Shown here piece by piece: positions 43,034-57,479 of a stretch of DNA of 64,000 nt (the stretch's first letter is position 1; the number at the start of each line of letters is the position of its first letter). Where the stretch lies: contig OX597814.1 in assembly GCA_951406725.2 (NCBI GenBank), positions 9,920,001 to 9,984,000 of the forward strand, in the 5' to 3' direction. The notes under the pieces were generated by a model. It saw only the letters and a list, made by a program, of their open reading frames with translations, did no database searches and had not been told where the DNA came from. A program made the position numbers and the translations under genes. The DNA is from Octopus vulgaris. Its lineage: Eukaryota.

Positions 43034-43810
43034 AAGGCAGCGAGCTGACAAAATTGTTAGCATGCTGGACGAAATGCTTAGCGGTATTTCATCTGCCGCT
43101 ACGTTGTGAGTTCAAATTCTGCTGAGGTCAACTTTATCTTTCATCCTTTCAAGGTCGATAAATCAAGTACTAGTTACGCACTGGTGTGGATGTAATCGAC
43201 TTTATCCCTTTGTCTGTTCTTGTTTGTCCCCTCTATGTTTTGTTCCTTTTGGGTAGTAAAGAAATAGGTATTTCATCTGCCGTTACGTTCTGAGTTCAAA
43301 TTCCGCTGTGGTCGACTTTGCCTTTCAACCTTTCGGGATCGATTAAATAAGTACCAGTTACGCACACACACACACATACACATCTACACAAACAGGGTGA
43401 ACAATGTTAGAAACTCATTAGCTCGTGGGGAAAGCTCTTGGCTGTTAACTATGAGACGCAGTTTCGATTTCCTCCCTGCCTCCTCTTCCTTTTATTTTCA
43501 GCGATTTATTTCGACTTCGCTTTTTTTTCTGTCATTTTTTTATTTTTCTTTCCGTATTTTATATTGGAATATATTTATATAATTCATACATGCAGAAATA
43601 CATGCACACATATATAAATCAACTTAATCCGTTTGTCCTCTCTGTATTTAGCCCCTTGTGGGTAGTAAAGAAATAGGTATTTCGCTACGTTCAAATCCCG
43701 CTGAGGTCAACTTTACCTTTCATCCTTTCGGGGGTCGATAATTTAAGTACCAGTTGAGTACTGGGGTTGATGTAATCGACTGGACCCCCTCCCTCAAATT
43801 CCAGGCCTTA
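43034..43810 (+). mobile_element. Multimeric SINE family B interrupted by the 43395-43585 repeat
   Basis: Head at 43034, restarts after AAAGAAATAGGT at ~43265 and ~43675. The body breaks at CCAGTTACGCAC (43365) and resumes at ~43620. Confidence 0.85.
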
Positions 43811-44339
43811 TTATATATATTTATAAAAGTAATTGAGATTTCTAACTCGGAACGTAGTTATCTTGCCGCGTTTAGATTTAAAACTATAGCAACGGCTTTC
43901 GCTACAGATACCTCTCATGACCAAATCCTTTTGGTAGCATGAGAGCCAACTTTTTATCGAGTCAGTGCAATCGAATCTATTCTTCAAATTCAAAAGATGT
44001 TGTTTTGAACGTAGCTAAACAAAATATTAACAATAACAATGATAGTATTAAAAGAATATCAATATATAAGTATTTGTAAAACAACTATTATTCTTAACAC
44101 GTAACAAAATATTGCAAGAAATTTAGTTCATAACAATGAAAAATAGTATCATAGAAGTACTTCATTTGCCACGAGGACGAAACAGACATAATCAATACAG
44201 TTTTGGAACTGATGCTTTGCAAGTAAAAAGTGAAATTTTGGGTGTAAACCAAACAGATTTCTCTCACCCAATATCATAGCTCTCGCATCTACATTCTTTA
44301 AATACATATGCCATTCATATATATATGTACCTATGTTTA

Positions 44340-44434
<95 letters not shown>

Positions 44435-44638
44435 ATAAATATAAAAATAAATATCTATATTTATGTTTATATATATATATGCGTGTGCACGCGTGTATAT
44501 ATATAACTATTTATATAGATATATAAATATAAATATATATATGTATATATGTATATATATATACGCGTGTGCGCGTGTATATATATATACATACATACAC
44601 ACATACATACATAAATATATACATACATGCATACGTAC

Positions 44639-44698
<60 letters not shown>

Positions 44699-44990
44699 GT
44701 ATGTATGTATGTATTCGTGTGTACAGATCGTATAATCTTAGAGGTTATACATATAATATACTATAATGTAACAATATAATATAAAACATGCAGTATAAAA
44801 TAATATATATCTGTTTTCATATACATTCAAACATACATACATACATACATACATGCATACATACACATGTATATACATATATATATGTGCACCTTTACAT
44901 GTATGCATATGTGTATATATATATATATATATATATGTAAAATATGCATCACATACATGTATGTAAGTATGTATGTATGTATGTATGTAC

Positions 44991-45021
<31 letters not shown>

Positions 45022-45682
45022 TGTATGTATGTATGTATGCCTTAATATTAGAATTAGAAGTCGCAAACAAGCAATATTCAGAATAAAATGAAGACAAACG
45101 TTATGTAAACTATAGTAAAAACAACGTGTACAAGAACAACAACAACAAAAAATAAACTATTACAGAAGCAATATCATCCAGAAGGACAGAGGCAAAAACT
45201 AAAGTAAACAACCGAAGGAAAAAAATTCAATTTCTTTGACACCAGTCGGGCTTCATCCCAAGCACCAAGTTTAATTGATTTCTTGAAATCCTTGGGGAGA
45301 TCATACGACTTCGGTCTAGCGAAGCAGTAATCATCCGTAAGGCATTGGTAAATGGAACGCCCTACACAAAACCTCTGAAGGAACATTAAAATGATATATA
45401 AAAACTAAAATGGAAATAGAAGTGCAAGTAAGTAAAAGATCGTGGCTAAATATGTATGCATATATATATATATATATATCATTAATGTAAGTCAATGAGA
45501 GAGCGTGAGCACGTGCACACGCATATACACAAATATGTGCATACGTATGTTTGTATAAATACACACACATGCGCGCGCGCGCATGAATATACATACATGT
45601 GTGTGTATGCATATATATTATATATTTCATATATATGTATATATATATATGTATGATAAAAATACCAGAAAATAGATAGATG

Positions 45683-45746
<64 letters not shown>

Positions 45747-45806
45747 AATATATATATATACATATACATATATATATATAAATATATATATATATAAATA
45801 TATATA

Positions 45807-45876
<70 letters not shown>

Positions 45877-46609
45877 TATATATATGTTTACGTATCTATT
45901 TTCTTGTATTTTTATCATATATAAATGTTTGTTTTATGTGTATATGTATGTGAATGATATGGTGGTGGTGGTGTGTGTGTTTGTGTGTGTGTATGTATAT
46001 ATGATAATGGCTGTATTGCTGTTGCAATATATGATGAAATGGCGGTGGGGAGAAGAAGTTACATATAATAGAACAATAATATTTACTTCCGCAAAAAAGA
46101 AAAAAAGAAAATGATGTTGAAAAACGAAAGTTAAGAACATTTTTCAAAGTAAATAAAAGAAATTATATAAAGAAAAAATATGAATGAAATAAGAATGAAT
46201 TGAAGTATATATTCAATCAAATGTTCTTTCCTAATTTAGCTTGTTGGCGATAAAATGAAGTGCATATACACAAGAATATAGTAAAAGAAAATTGAATAAA
46301 CGAAAGACAACACGAAATGGTGGATAGATAAACTAGGACAGGCCAAATAAAAGGTTAAATATATATATAAAAAAAAAGAGAGGAAGGGATATAAAAAAAT
46401 ATAGAAGAGGAAAGGAAGAAGTAAAAAGAAAAGAGCTAAAAAATTGGTGAAAAGAAACGATAGCCTTTTTAAAAAGTGTAGAAGTAAGTGTAAAAATGGT
46501 GGAAGACGTTGAGAGCTAAGATGAAAGAAGTGAAACATAAAAAAAAGAGAGTAGTAGCAGTAGGAAGAGGATGAGGTGTAGGAGGAGGAGGTCGTGGTGG
46601 TGGAGGAGG

Positions 46610-46723
46610 AGAAGAAGAAGAAAGAAGAAGAAAGAAGAAGAAGAAGAAGAAGAAGAAGAAGAAGAAGAAGAAGAAGAAGAAGAAGAAGAAGAAGAAGAAG
46701 AAGAAGAAGAAGAAGAAGAAGAA

Positions 46724-46770
<47 letters not shown>

Positions 46771-46925
46771 AGAGAAGAAGAAGAAGAAGAAGAAGAAGAA
46801 GAAGAAGAAGAAGAAGAAGAAGAAGAAGAAGAAGAAGAAGAAGAAGAAGAAGAAGAAGAAGAAGAAGAAGAAGAAGAAGAAGAAGAAGAAGAAGAAGAAG
46901 AAGAAGAAGAAGAAGGAGAAGAAAG
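46610..46925. repeat. (GAA)n trinucleotide array, ~300 bp
   Basis: Near-pure GAA run with few interruptions. Confidence 0.97.
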
Positions 46926-47183
46926 TAACCGAAGTGGTGGTGGGCATAATGTGTAAAAAGATCACCGTTACAAAAATGAATACCATGCTGACTGAAGACG
47001 GTATATATATATATATAAAACACGCACACACACACACACGCACGCACACCACACACACACACAAACACACTCTCACACCCACCCACCCACATACATATAT
47101 ATATGCATGAATGCATATATATATATATATATATATACACTTATATATATATGTGTGTATATATATATATGTATATATACATG

Positions 47184-47218
<35 letters not shown>

Positions 47219-47360
47219 ATGGATGGATGTATGTACATGTATGAATGCTCGTGAATGTGTGAATGCGTGTAGAAGTGGCTAATAAAACTAGGAATTGAAG
47301 AATCGAAGGAAATATGGGAAAGAGACGGGAGAAAATGAGACATAAAGTTCAGAAGGTGAG

Positions 47361-47448
<88 letters not shown>

Positions 47449-48685
47449 AGAAGAAAAAATGAGGTATAAAAAATTAATAATGTTTAGAGAAAAACACAAA
47501 ATAAAACCAAAAACTATCGAAAAAATGAGCCAAAAGTTTGTGTGAATATATACTACGGAATTTAGTAAATGATTATCACAACGGTAAGTAATCGTTCCTC
47601 GCAACAACAAACATGATTCAATCTCAATAAACGGTTAAATCCAGCATTTTGTACAGTACAACATGTAATGGAAAAAGACACGGTACCGACACCGATATGC
47701 TCATTTTATAAGCAAACTTTGATTTGAAAATAAGATTTCGGCGCTTGGAAAAATGTTTTCCCTGTTGTTTCGCATTTTCAGTTCTAACCTACACTCTGAT
47801 ATTTTTCATCCCCAACACATGTATGTATGTATGCATGCATGTATGTATGTATGTATGTATGTATGTATGTGTGTATGTATGTATGTATGTATGTGTGTGT
47901 GTATGTATATATGTATGTCAGTATGTAGTTTTATTTCAAGATTTATTGTCAATACAGAAAGATCCTGTTTCTAATATAGATCCAAATCTTCTCCATTGGA
48001 ATTTTAAAATCAACAGGGTATGTATGTATGTATGTATGTATGTATGTATGTATGTATGTATGTATGTATGTATGTATGTGTGTATGTATGTATGTATGTA
48101 TATATGTATGTATGTGTGTATGTATGTATGTATGTATATATGTATGTACGTACGTATCTATGTATGTACGTATGTATGTATATATGTATGTACGTATGTA
48201 TGTATATATGTATGTACGTACGTATGTATGTATACATGCATATATATATATGTATGAATGTATGTAGTAGACATATAAGGAAGGATAATAATTAAGCTGT
48301 TTCTTTGTAGATTGAAAAATGAACAGTCTTAATCGATTTTTAAACCTTATTGGATTCTAATCAAAGACGTTTACATCAATTTGAAGATTCCTAGAGAAAC
48401 AGCCAACAATTCCTCAACAATTCCTGTAACTACAGAGATGTATATCGCATTGTTTGTTTCTCTTCTCTGCATGTCTTGCTTTTTATTACCGGATAGAAAA
48501 CCTGAGAATATTGTACACGCTCAAATACTGTATTGACGATGGAACAAGCAGCTGATTGGAAAGATACTTCCTTTAGGATAATTATGTAAATTAATACCAT
48601 GATTTGCAAAAAAAAAAAAAAAAAAAAAGAAGAAAAACTCTGGTTTTCCAGAAATTGAAATGGAAGATATTATTTAAGTGTAATG

Positions 48686-48852
48686 TAGGCGTAGGAGTGG
48701 CTTTGTGGTAAGTAGCTTGCTTACCAACCACATGGTTCTGGGTTCAGTCCCACTGCGTGGCACATTGGGCAAGTGTCTTCTACTATGGCTTCGGGCAGAC
48801 CGAAGCCTTGTGAGAGGAATTGGTAGACGGAAACTGAAAGAAGTCCGTCGCG

Positions 48853-48905
<53 letters not shown>

Positions 48906-49130
48906 GTATGTATGTGTGTATGTTTGTGTGTCTGTGTTTGTCCCCCCCCCCCAACATCGTTTGACAACTGATGCTGGTGTATTTACGTCCCCGCAACTTA
49001 GCGGTTCGGCAAAAGAGACCGATAGAATAAGTACTAGGCTTACAAAGAATAAGTCCTGGGGTCGATTTGCTCGACTAAAGGCGGTGCTTCAGCATGGCCA
49101 CATTCAAATGGCAGAAACAAGTAAAAGAGT
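48686..49130 (+). mobile_element. SINE family A, full length
   Basis: AGGCGTAGGAGTGGCT..GGGTTCAGTCCC ... GGCGGTGCTTCAGCATGGCCAC..GAAACAAGTAAAAGAGT. Confidence 0.92.
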
Positions 49131-49440
49131 ATATGTTTTATTCTATTGTACACGCAACGATTCTGAAAGCATCAACATTCCTCGATGAATTGAAATTTTA
49201 AAATTATATTTTAAAATTAATTCATCCAAAAATAGTGATTTCATATGTGATTTAATTTATTTTTGGTACAAATAAACTCGGACAGCTTCCTCACTCCTGC
49301 TCTCTCCCCCTCTCTCTCTATGCGCATGTACATGTCCATTTATATGCCTATATGTATTTTTGTATATTATGTGTAAGTGTGCATATATACACATATTCAT
49401 ATATGTGTGTGTGTGTGTGTGTGCGTGCGTACGCAGAAGT

Positions 49441-49790
<350 letters not shown>

Positions 49791-50375
49791 TGTGTGTGTG
49801 TGTGTGTGATTAAATAGCAAAAGAACAGGGGTTGCGTAACCACCTTCATTAGCTTACAGCTGTTTCAGCTATTAGAGTTAGTGCAGTCGGAGCTGATTGC
49901 TTGTACGACATCCTTTAGCTTAATTTCAAGACTAGTACCTGTGATATATCGACCCCAAATATATACAAACCAAAAACTGCACGCCACCAATTCCAAACCG
50001 ATTATATAAAAATAGATTTGAATGTAATTAATGAAACTGGATACCACAATTAATTAGTCTAGCACATTTACAAACACTCAGTAGTTTAATGCTTCTTCTC
50101 TCTGTCTCTCTGTCTGAACTATCGGACTGTATGTCTCTCCCTCTCACACACATAGGCACACACAAACGCATTCGCATAGTAAAACATACTATAACGTTCG
50201 CATACACAGTTTAACTGAAGCTAAAAGAACATTAAAAAACAAAAACGGATATCTGTCTATATGTATGTATGTACGTATGTATGTATGTATGTACGTACGT
50301 ACGTATGTATGTATGTATGTATGTATGTATGTATGTATGTACGTATGTATGTATATATTGGAGAATTAGGTATAC

Positions 50376-50406
<31 letters not shown>

Positions 50407-50445
50407 ATATACACATATGTTCTCTCTATTTATATATATATATAC

Positions 50446-50516
<71 letters not shown>

Positions 50517-50517
<1 letters not shown>

Positions 50518-50628
50518 CGAAACGTTAAACCCTCTTTCTTTCCTTCTTTCCTGCGCGTCCAATAATATTATATTTGTTCCACGTCCTCGCGTTGTATTTT
50601 TTTGTGGTTTCTTGTTTGGATTAACTTT

Positions 50629-50630
<2 letters not shown>
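50517..50630 (+). mobile_element. 5'-truncated family E copy, beginning within the hammerhead (CGAAACGTTAAAC)
   Basis: Matches 49636-49750. (TA)n on both sides. Confidence 0.8.
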
Positions 50631-50709
<79 letters not shown>

Positions 50710-51188
50710 CGCACACACATACACATATCAATATATGAACGGCCAAAGCGAAAAGAAATAATCGTAAGAACTGAGAATAAACGTGGAGGAAGATATTACG
50801 AGCGAATGAATGAATTATAGGCGTTGCACAGAAAATATTATGGGCGAAGAAATGAAAATAAAATTAATTGCTCGGTGTAATCACCCACACACAACTTGCC
50901 CTGGCAAAACACTTACCAACCCAACACTATATCGGTTTGCAAAACATGTCAATAAAAATATTTTCCAGCAATGAGTTCTCAGGTATCGATCACAATAAAG
51001 ATCTTATCGCGGTAGACGACACACAAGACGGTTTGTTTCCTCTAACAGTGGCCTGGCTTCCCCATTGGTGTTTTTTTTATTGGATATGTTTTTTTTTTTT
51101 TCTCTTTTACTTATTTGCTCTTTGTACTTACTTAAAAGATGAGTGCTGATTCAGGGATTTTATTGAGCTACGTCCAACCCATTTCCGC

Positions 51189-51420
51189 TTCTTCTTCTTC
51201 TTCTTCTTCTTCTTCTTCTTCTTCTTCTTCTTCTTCTTCTTCTTCTTCTTTTTCTTTTTCTTTTTCTTCTTCTTTTTCTTTTTCTTCTTCTTCTTCTTCT
51301 TCTTCTTCTTCTTCTTCTTCTTCTTCTTCTTTTTCTTCTTCTTTTTCTTTTCTTCTTCTTTTTCTTCTTCTTCTTCTTCTTCTTCTTCTTCTTCTTCTTC
51401 TTCTTCTTCTTCTTCTTCTT
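51189..51420. repeat. (CTT)n array
   Basis: Polypyrimidine trinucleotide run. Confidence 0.95.
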
Positions 51421-51579
51421 TGTTTGTTTGTTTGTTTGCGTGCTCGGGCGTTGTGATCGAGTGAGTCAGTGTTTGGAGTTAGCTATTTAGCAAATGTAAG
51501 TGTCGGCCCCAGGTCGACCAACGCGTTGTAAGAGAATATCACTGACGAAAATTAAAATAAGTAAAGTAAAAGTCCTAGA

Positions 51580-51623
<44 letters not shown>

Positions 51624-51646
51624 TATAAATAATATATGCATATATA

Positions 51647-51689
<43 letters not shown>

Positions 51690-51694
<5 letters not shown>

Positions 51695-52122
51695 GCAGTA
51701 ATATATGTCTGGAAGATCCTGGAAGGAATTGTGCCAAATTTTGGCATTGTAAGCTACACCAATGCTAGAACGGGACGACACTGCATAGTGCCAAAGATCC
51801 CAGCAATGCCATCACGCTTCAGGACCAGCTTCTGCAACAGCCTGGGTTTCAAGGGCCCACAGCTTTTTAATATTCTCCCAAAGAGTCTGAGGAACTTGCA
51901 CAAAGTAGATGTAGCGGTTTTTAAATCAAAGCTGGACATCTTCCTGTCAAGAGTCCCAGATGAACCTACCTCACGGCAAGAGGTGCAAATGAGAGTAGCT
52001 GTATCAAACTCCATTCTTCACCAAGTGCCACATATTAGACGAGGTTCGTCGCAATAACAGTGTAGCACAAAACGGCGGTGCATCAGCATGGCCGCAGCTC
52101 TGAGCTGAAACTAGAAAAAAAA
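51690..52122 (+). mobile_element. 3' end of a CR1-group LINE (ORF2 C-terminus, short 3' UTR, A-tail)
   Basis: [13 protein letters not shown]...RTGRHC...NSLGFKGPQLFNILPKSLRN...FKSKLDIFLSRVPDEP, a typical WN.LP / FK..LD LINE terminus. Stop at 52057. Confidence 0.8.
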
Positions 52123-52127
52123 ATTAT

Positions 52128-53008
52128 ATATATCATATAAATAATATATGCATATATACATACATATATGTACATACCTACATCTATATGTATATATACA
52201 TGCGTGTATGGCTATAGGACATTAAAAAAAACGTTGAACACAATGAGAAACGAAAGCATAAAAACAAAAACATGGAAACGAACTCTTTTTTTCAAACAAC
52301 GAAACACAGAGTACAAGACATACAACACAAAGAATAATCTCCTTCTTCAGTTGTCCCTGTTTCGTCTACTCCGCATTTCGAAGGTAAGGACAAGACGCGA
52401 CTTCGTTGAAACAGTCCTACCCGCAAAGCAAATTAAATAAAATTTGGGATTTTTTGCGGAGGGGTAAAAGTGGTAACAAGAACAGGACAGTTAGAACAAA
52501 AAGGCAGTAGAAACAGTAAAAGACAGAACAAAGAGAATAACACTGTAAAAACAAACGATGAGGGTTGTTAAGTCAAGACGATGGAAAAATTATTTTGAAC
52601 GCATTAAAGAGACAGCTTATGAGAGACAGGATAAGCCGTCTTGTCTTGGTGAAGATAGCAGTTGGAAAGATAGCTTCCCTCTGATTACGTGTCAGTGACG
52701 AGAGAGTCGAGGAGGAGGAGGAGTAATCGAAAGGAAACGGTAAATGGGAGAGGAGAAGAATAGGGAAGGGTGGGTGAGAAAACCAGAAAGGATGAAGAAC
52801 AAGAGAGGGAGAGAGAAAGACAGAGGAGAGTTAGTAAAGTTGAAGAGTGCGCATCATTATTAAGATAAAACTTACTTGGAAAAGAATGTGTGGCGTTCGA
52901 TCATATAATAATATAAATAATATATAAATATATGCATATATACATACATATATGTACATACCTACATCTATATGTATATATACATGCATGTATGGGTACA
53001 GGACGTCA
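52128..53008 (-). mobile_element. Family D non-autonomous element with ~95 bp terminal direct repeats and a scrambled hammerhead
   Basis: ATGCATATATACATACATATATGTACATACCTACATCTATATG...AGGAC is present at ~52147-52220 and ~52932-53005. Homologous inverted partial copy at 59570-59945. Confidence 0.75.
52339..52400 (-). ncRNA. Candidate non-circularly permuted hammerhead ribozyme
   Basis: Minus strand: TCGCG-TC-TTGTCC-ttac-CTTC-GAAA-TGCGG-(13 nt)-GGGACAA-CTGAAGA-A-GGAG. Confidence 0.72.
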
Positions 53009-53148
53009 AAGACTGATGCGACTCTACCATGTACTAGTCTCTCTCTCCTCCTTTCGTGTACTCTCTTCTTTTCTCAAATTCTTTTTTCTCCCCTTCTTTC
53101 GTTTTTTATCTCTCATCATTTCTCGAATTCTTGTTTTCGCCCCTTCAG

Positions 53149-53188
<40 letters not shown>

Positions 53189-53597
53189 GCTCACACGTGA
53201 AATGAAAATATGTTTAAAAGAATATTTGCATAGTGTTCAAATACAAGGGGCATTTTCCTTCTTTCTGCGTGTCTCTGTCTCTCTCCTTTAGTCTTGTGGG
53301 TTCAATATATATATTCTGTTGCGTCTGGGGAGAGTCATTCTCTTTTAGTGCCTTATAATTTAACACACTCACGGTAAAATTTCCACTCATTTACTTATTT
53401 ATTTTTCTAAAGTTTTCGTTGCGTCTTACAACCTTTTAAATAGTTGTTGACTCTGTCCGTTATCCAAGCTGCGTTACTATGTTAAATTATAAGGAACTAA
53501 AAGAGAATGACTCTTTCCAGACACAACAGAATATGCTTCAACACACGAACTCACATAAAGAATCTTGCAAACCAGATCCAAATACGAAAAACACACA

Positions 53598-53666
<69 letters not shown>

Positions 53667-54079
53667 GCACACACACATACAGGCACACACACACAAGCAC
53701 ACACACACATCCGCACACCCACACATACATATATATGATCTTTTTCTTTCATCTTTTCTTTGATCCAGTCATTAGAGTGCAACCATGTTGGGATACCGCT
53801 TTGAAGGATTTTAGTTCAATGAATTGACCCTAATACTTAATGTGTAAAACCTGGTACTAATTCTATCGGTCTTTTATTCCGAACTGCTACGTCATAGATC
53901 GTAAACACACACCCGCACACACATACATACACATAAATATGTGTGTGTGTGATGTGTCTGTATCGACAGAGAGACAGGCAGGCACACACAGACACACACA
54001 CACACACATACATACATACATACATACATACATACATACATACATACATACATACATACATACATACATACATACATAC

Positions 54080-54146
<67 letters not shown>

Positions 54147-54153
54147 GATAGAG

Positions 54154-54220
<67 letters not shown>

Positions 54221-54906
54221 TGAGGGCCGAGTAGTAATAGTGTAATGCACGTCGATATCCACGATTTTTCTGTGCAGGAATTTTGATTAGACTCAAACTA
54301 ATTAGCATAGTTTGCTCTAATGACAATGATGAGGACATGAATGTCGTCACAACACCCATTTCATTGTAATCTTAAAACTAATAAAGCCATGATCATCACC
54401 CTAAGGTAGATAGCTCTCGTCACAAAAGATCAAGTAATTGATTCTTTGCGTTGTAGAAAGAAATATTTTTGCATATTTTATGAACCTATAGAAATATATT
54501 CATTGAATGTATATGCATTTATATACCGATATACATGTATCTATAACTTTGCGTGAATGTCTGCATATATGTATGTGTTTATATATATATATATATGTCT
54601 ATATATACATGTATTTGTGAGCATGTGAATGTGTATTTATAATTACGACGAGCATAGTTTACTTCACATCTCTTGACCTAACGATGAGATTTTTATTTCT
54701 TATAATTTAAGGCCGAATGTCAATCATTCTCCCTACTTTTTATAAAATAAGAATACTTTTTTTTCCATATATTTCCAACTCTCCCAGTATCACTTACTCC
54801 CCTTTAGACTCTCTTTCCATTTGTTTAATATTCGTTGTGTTTGTAGTGTATGATAATAATGAGTGAGTGTATACACACGCTTGCACGTCTTTATATATAT
54901 ACATAC

Positions 54907-54949
<43 letters not shown>

Positions 54950-54988
54950 TATACTCATGTATATATATACATATATATACACTTATAT

Positions 54989-55035
<47 letters not shown>

Positions 55036-55044
55036 TATATGTAT

Positions 55045-55083
<39 letters not shown>

Positions 55084-55697
55084 CCTATACACAGATGGAT
55101 GTATTTGCGTCTGTGTGTGAGCGTGTATATATGTAGGTGTGCACATATGTGTGTGTGAATGTATGTATGTATGAATGCATATATGCATATGTGTATACGT
55201 ATACGGATATGTATGCATGTCAGTTCATCTTATACATTTAAGAATCTTTCTCTTGCTCACCCGGTTTCCACCCTTTCTCTTTCCATACAGACACACACAC
55301 ACGCACACACACGTTCGCGCACACAAGCACACACCAATACACACACACATACATATATATATGCATACGTACACGCTATACAAACACGTTCGCACGCACA
55401 TATACGTGCATGAAATGTCGCTCTGTTAACTATCACTTCGTGCACTAGCTTAATAGGCAGACGCTTAAACATAATTCTATTAACTCATCCATATATAGAC
55501 ATATCTATCTGTTCATCCACCCATCTACCCTTTTTTACTCACCCAATAAGCCATCCAGTCAATCAACCAGCTACCCATCTAACCTTCTGCCCTCTAATGC
55601 AATTACGTAACGCTCTCACCCTGGTGTTTTTGGTTTTCGGTGCGGTCATCTTACCCTTTCTTTCCGTTATGCGAAATTCAAAGTCTAGCATGTGTGC

Positions 55698-55740
<43 letters not shown>

Positions 55741-56454
55741 TGTGTGTGTGTATTTGCGTGTGTGTGTGTGTTTCTGTGTGTGTGCGTGTGCGTGTATGTT
55801 TTTATGTGTGTTTGTTATTTGTGTGCATGCATGTGCATGCCTGTGTGTGTGTGTGTGTGTTTGTATGAGTTTACATCTGTGCGTGTGTATTTCTGTGTGT
55901 TTGATTTTTTTGTGCGTATATGTGCATGTGTGTGCGTGCGTGTGTGTTTTTATATGTGTGTGCATGTGTGTGTTTGTATGCGTTTGCTTTACTTGTGTGT
56001 GTATACGTGCGTGCGTGTGTGCATGCTTGTGTGTGTGCATGCGTGTGCGCATGTGTGTTTATCTGTGTTTACTTTTTGTGTGTATGCATATGTGTGTGTG
56101 TGTGTTTACGCGTATTTGTTCTTTGCGTTCATGCGTATGTGCATGCCTGTGTGTGTATGTGTGTGTGTGTTTGTATGTGTGTTTATGTGTGTGTATTTGT
56201 GTGTGCTTGATTTTCTTGTACGTATAAGTGTATGTGTGTGTGTGTGTGTGTGCGTGCATGTATGTATTTATGCATGTGCGTGTGCGTGTATGTTGATGAG
56301 AAGGATTAGTAAGAAACTCGAAAGAAAGCAAAATAGAGCGGATGTAATGAAAGCAAGGAATACATGGCCCCTTTCCAATAAAGAACAATGACAGAACTAC
56401 AGAAAATTGATAGAACTAAGAACCTGTGCACTATGCGCATGAGCCTGAAAGTAA

Positions 56455-56688
56455 TACCTATTTCTTTATTACCCACAAGGGGCTAAACATAGAGGGGACA
56501 AACAAGGACAGACATAGGTATTAAGTCGATTACATCGACCCCAGTGCGTAACTGGTACTTAATTTATCGACCCCGAAAGGATGAAAGGCAAAGTCGACCT
56601 CGGCGGAATTTGAACTCACAACGTAACGGTAGACGAAATACCGCTAAGCATTTCGCCCGGCGTGCTAACGTTTCTGCCAGCTCGCCTG
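56455..56688 (-). mobile_element. SINE family B, young copy
   Basis: Very close to the other B copies, with CpGs intact. Confidence 0.92.
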
Positions 56689-57421
56689 AAAGTAATATTG
56701 AAAGGCTCCATCTACAATGAAAGGAAAGCGGGAAAGATTTGTTGAATGCAGAACTGTGATGTTGTGTCTGAGAAAACTATGTTGTACGTAGTAAAGAAAT
56801 AATATACGAAAAAAACGTACGGAAACGGTGAGAAAATTCAAGAACAGAAATAAGATCAACGGGGAAATAGCTACGAGGGGAAGGAACTGCATGATCAATT
56901 CATGCAGCAAATGTTGGAAGTAAAGAACGTTGGTTGTGGTTTATGGATATAAATCAGAAATGAGAAACCGGATATGTAACTAGAGTCGCTCAGGAAAAAA
57001 GCCATTAACCCATACATAGCCCTGGTTGCGTTTTCGTAACGCAAAGCCTGCTGCAACTTGTTTGGATATGAACTCGCCGGGAAGCAACAGACTGAGCATA
57101 CGAAATGTTCAGTAGGTAGTCGACACCTGTAGCTAACAGTTGCATGCATGTGCATGCCTGTGTCATATGGACTTTCGGTGCATATAAGCACCCTTGTTTA
57201 TATCGCTTGCAGGGAGATTAAATCACCGCCAATTGCAACCGCTAAGACTATCAGTGATTTCGGCCTTCCCTGGCCTTGTCAATGGTAGACGCTACGGCTT
57301 TGGAGCTAGCAGCAATATCTCTGCTAACGACGTTTGGTATTAATTCTGCTTTTGTCACTAATTTTATTTTTTAATAAGTCTATTTGCTCTTCGCAAAACC
57401 ACTACCTGTTTGGACACTGTG

Positions 57422-57479
<58 letters not shown>

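Noticed and set aside
46469-47610. Long poly-E/K/R/F/S ORFs
   Set aside because: Products of (GAA)n and dinucleotide tracts.
55597-56391. 264-aa Cys/Val-rich ORF with signal-peptide-like start
   Set aside because: Degenerate (TG)n microsatellite.
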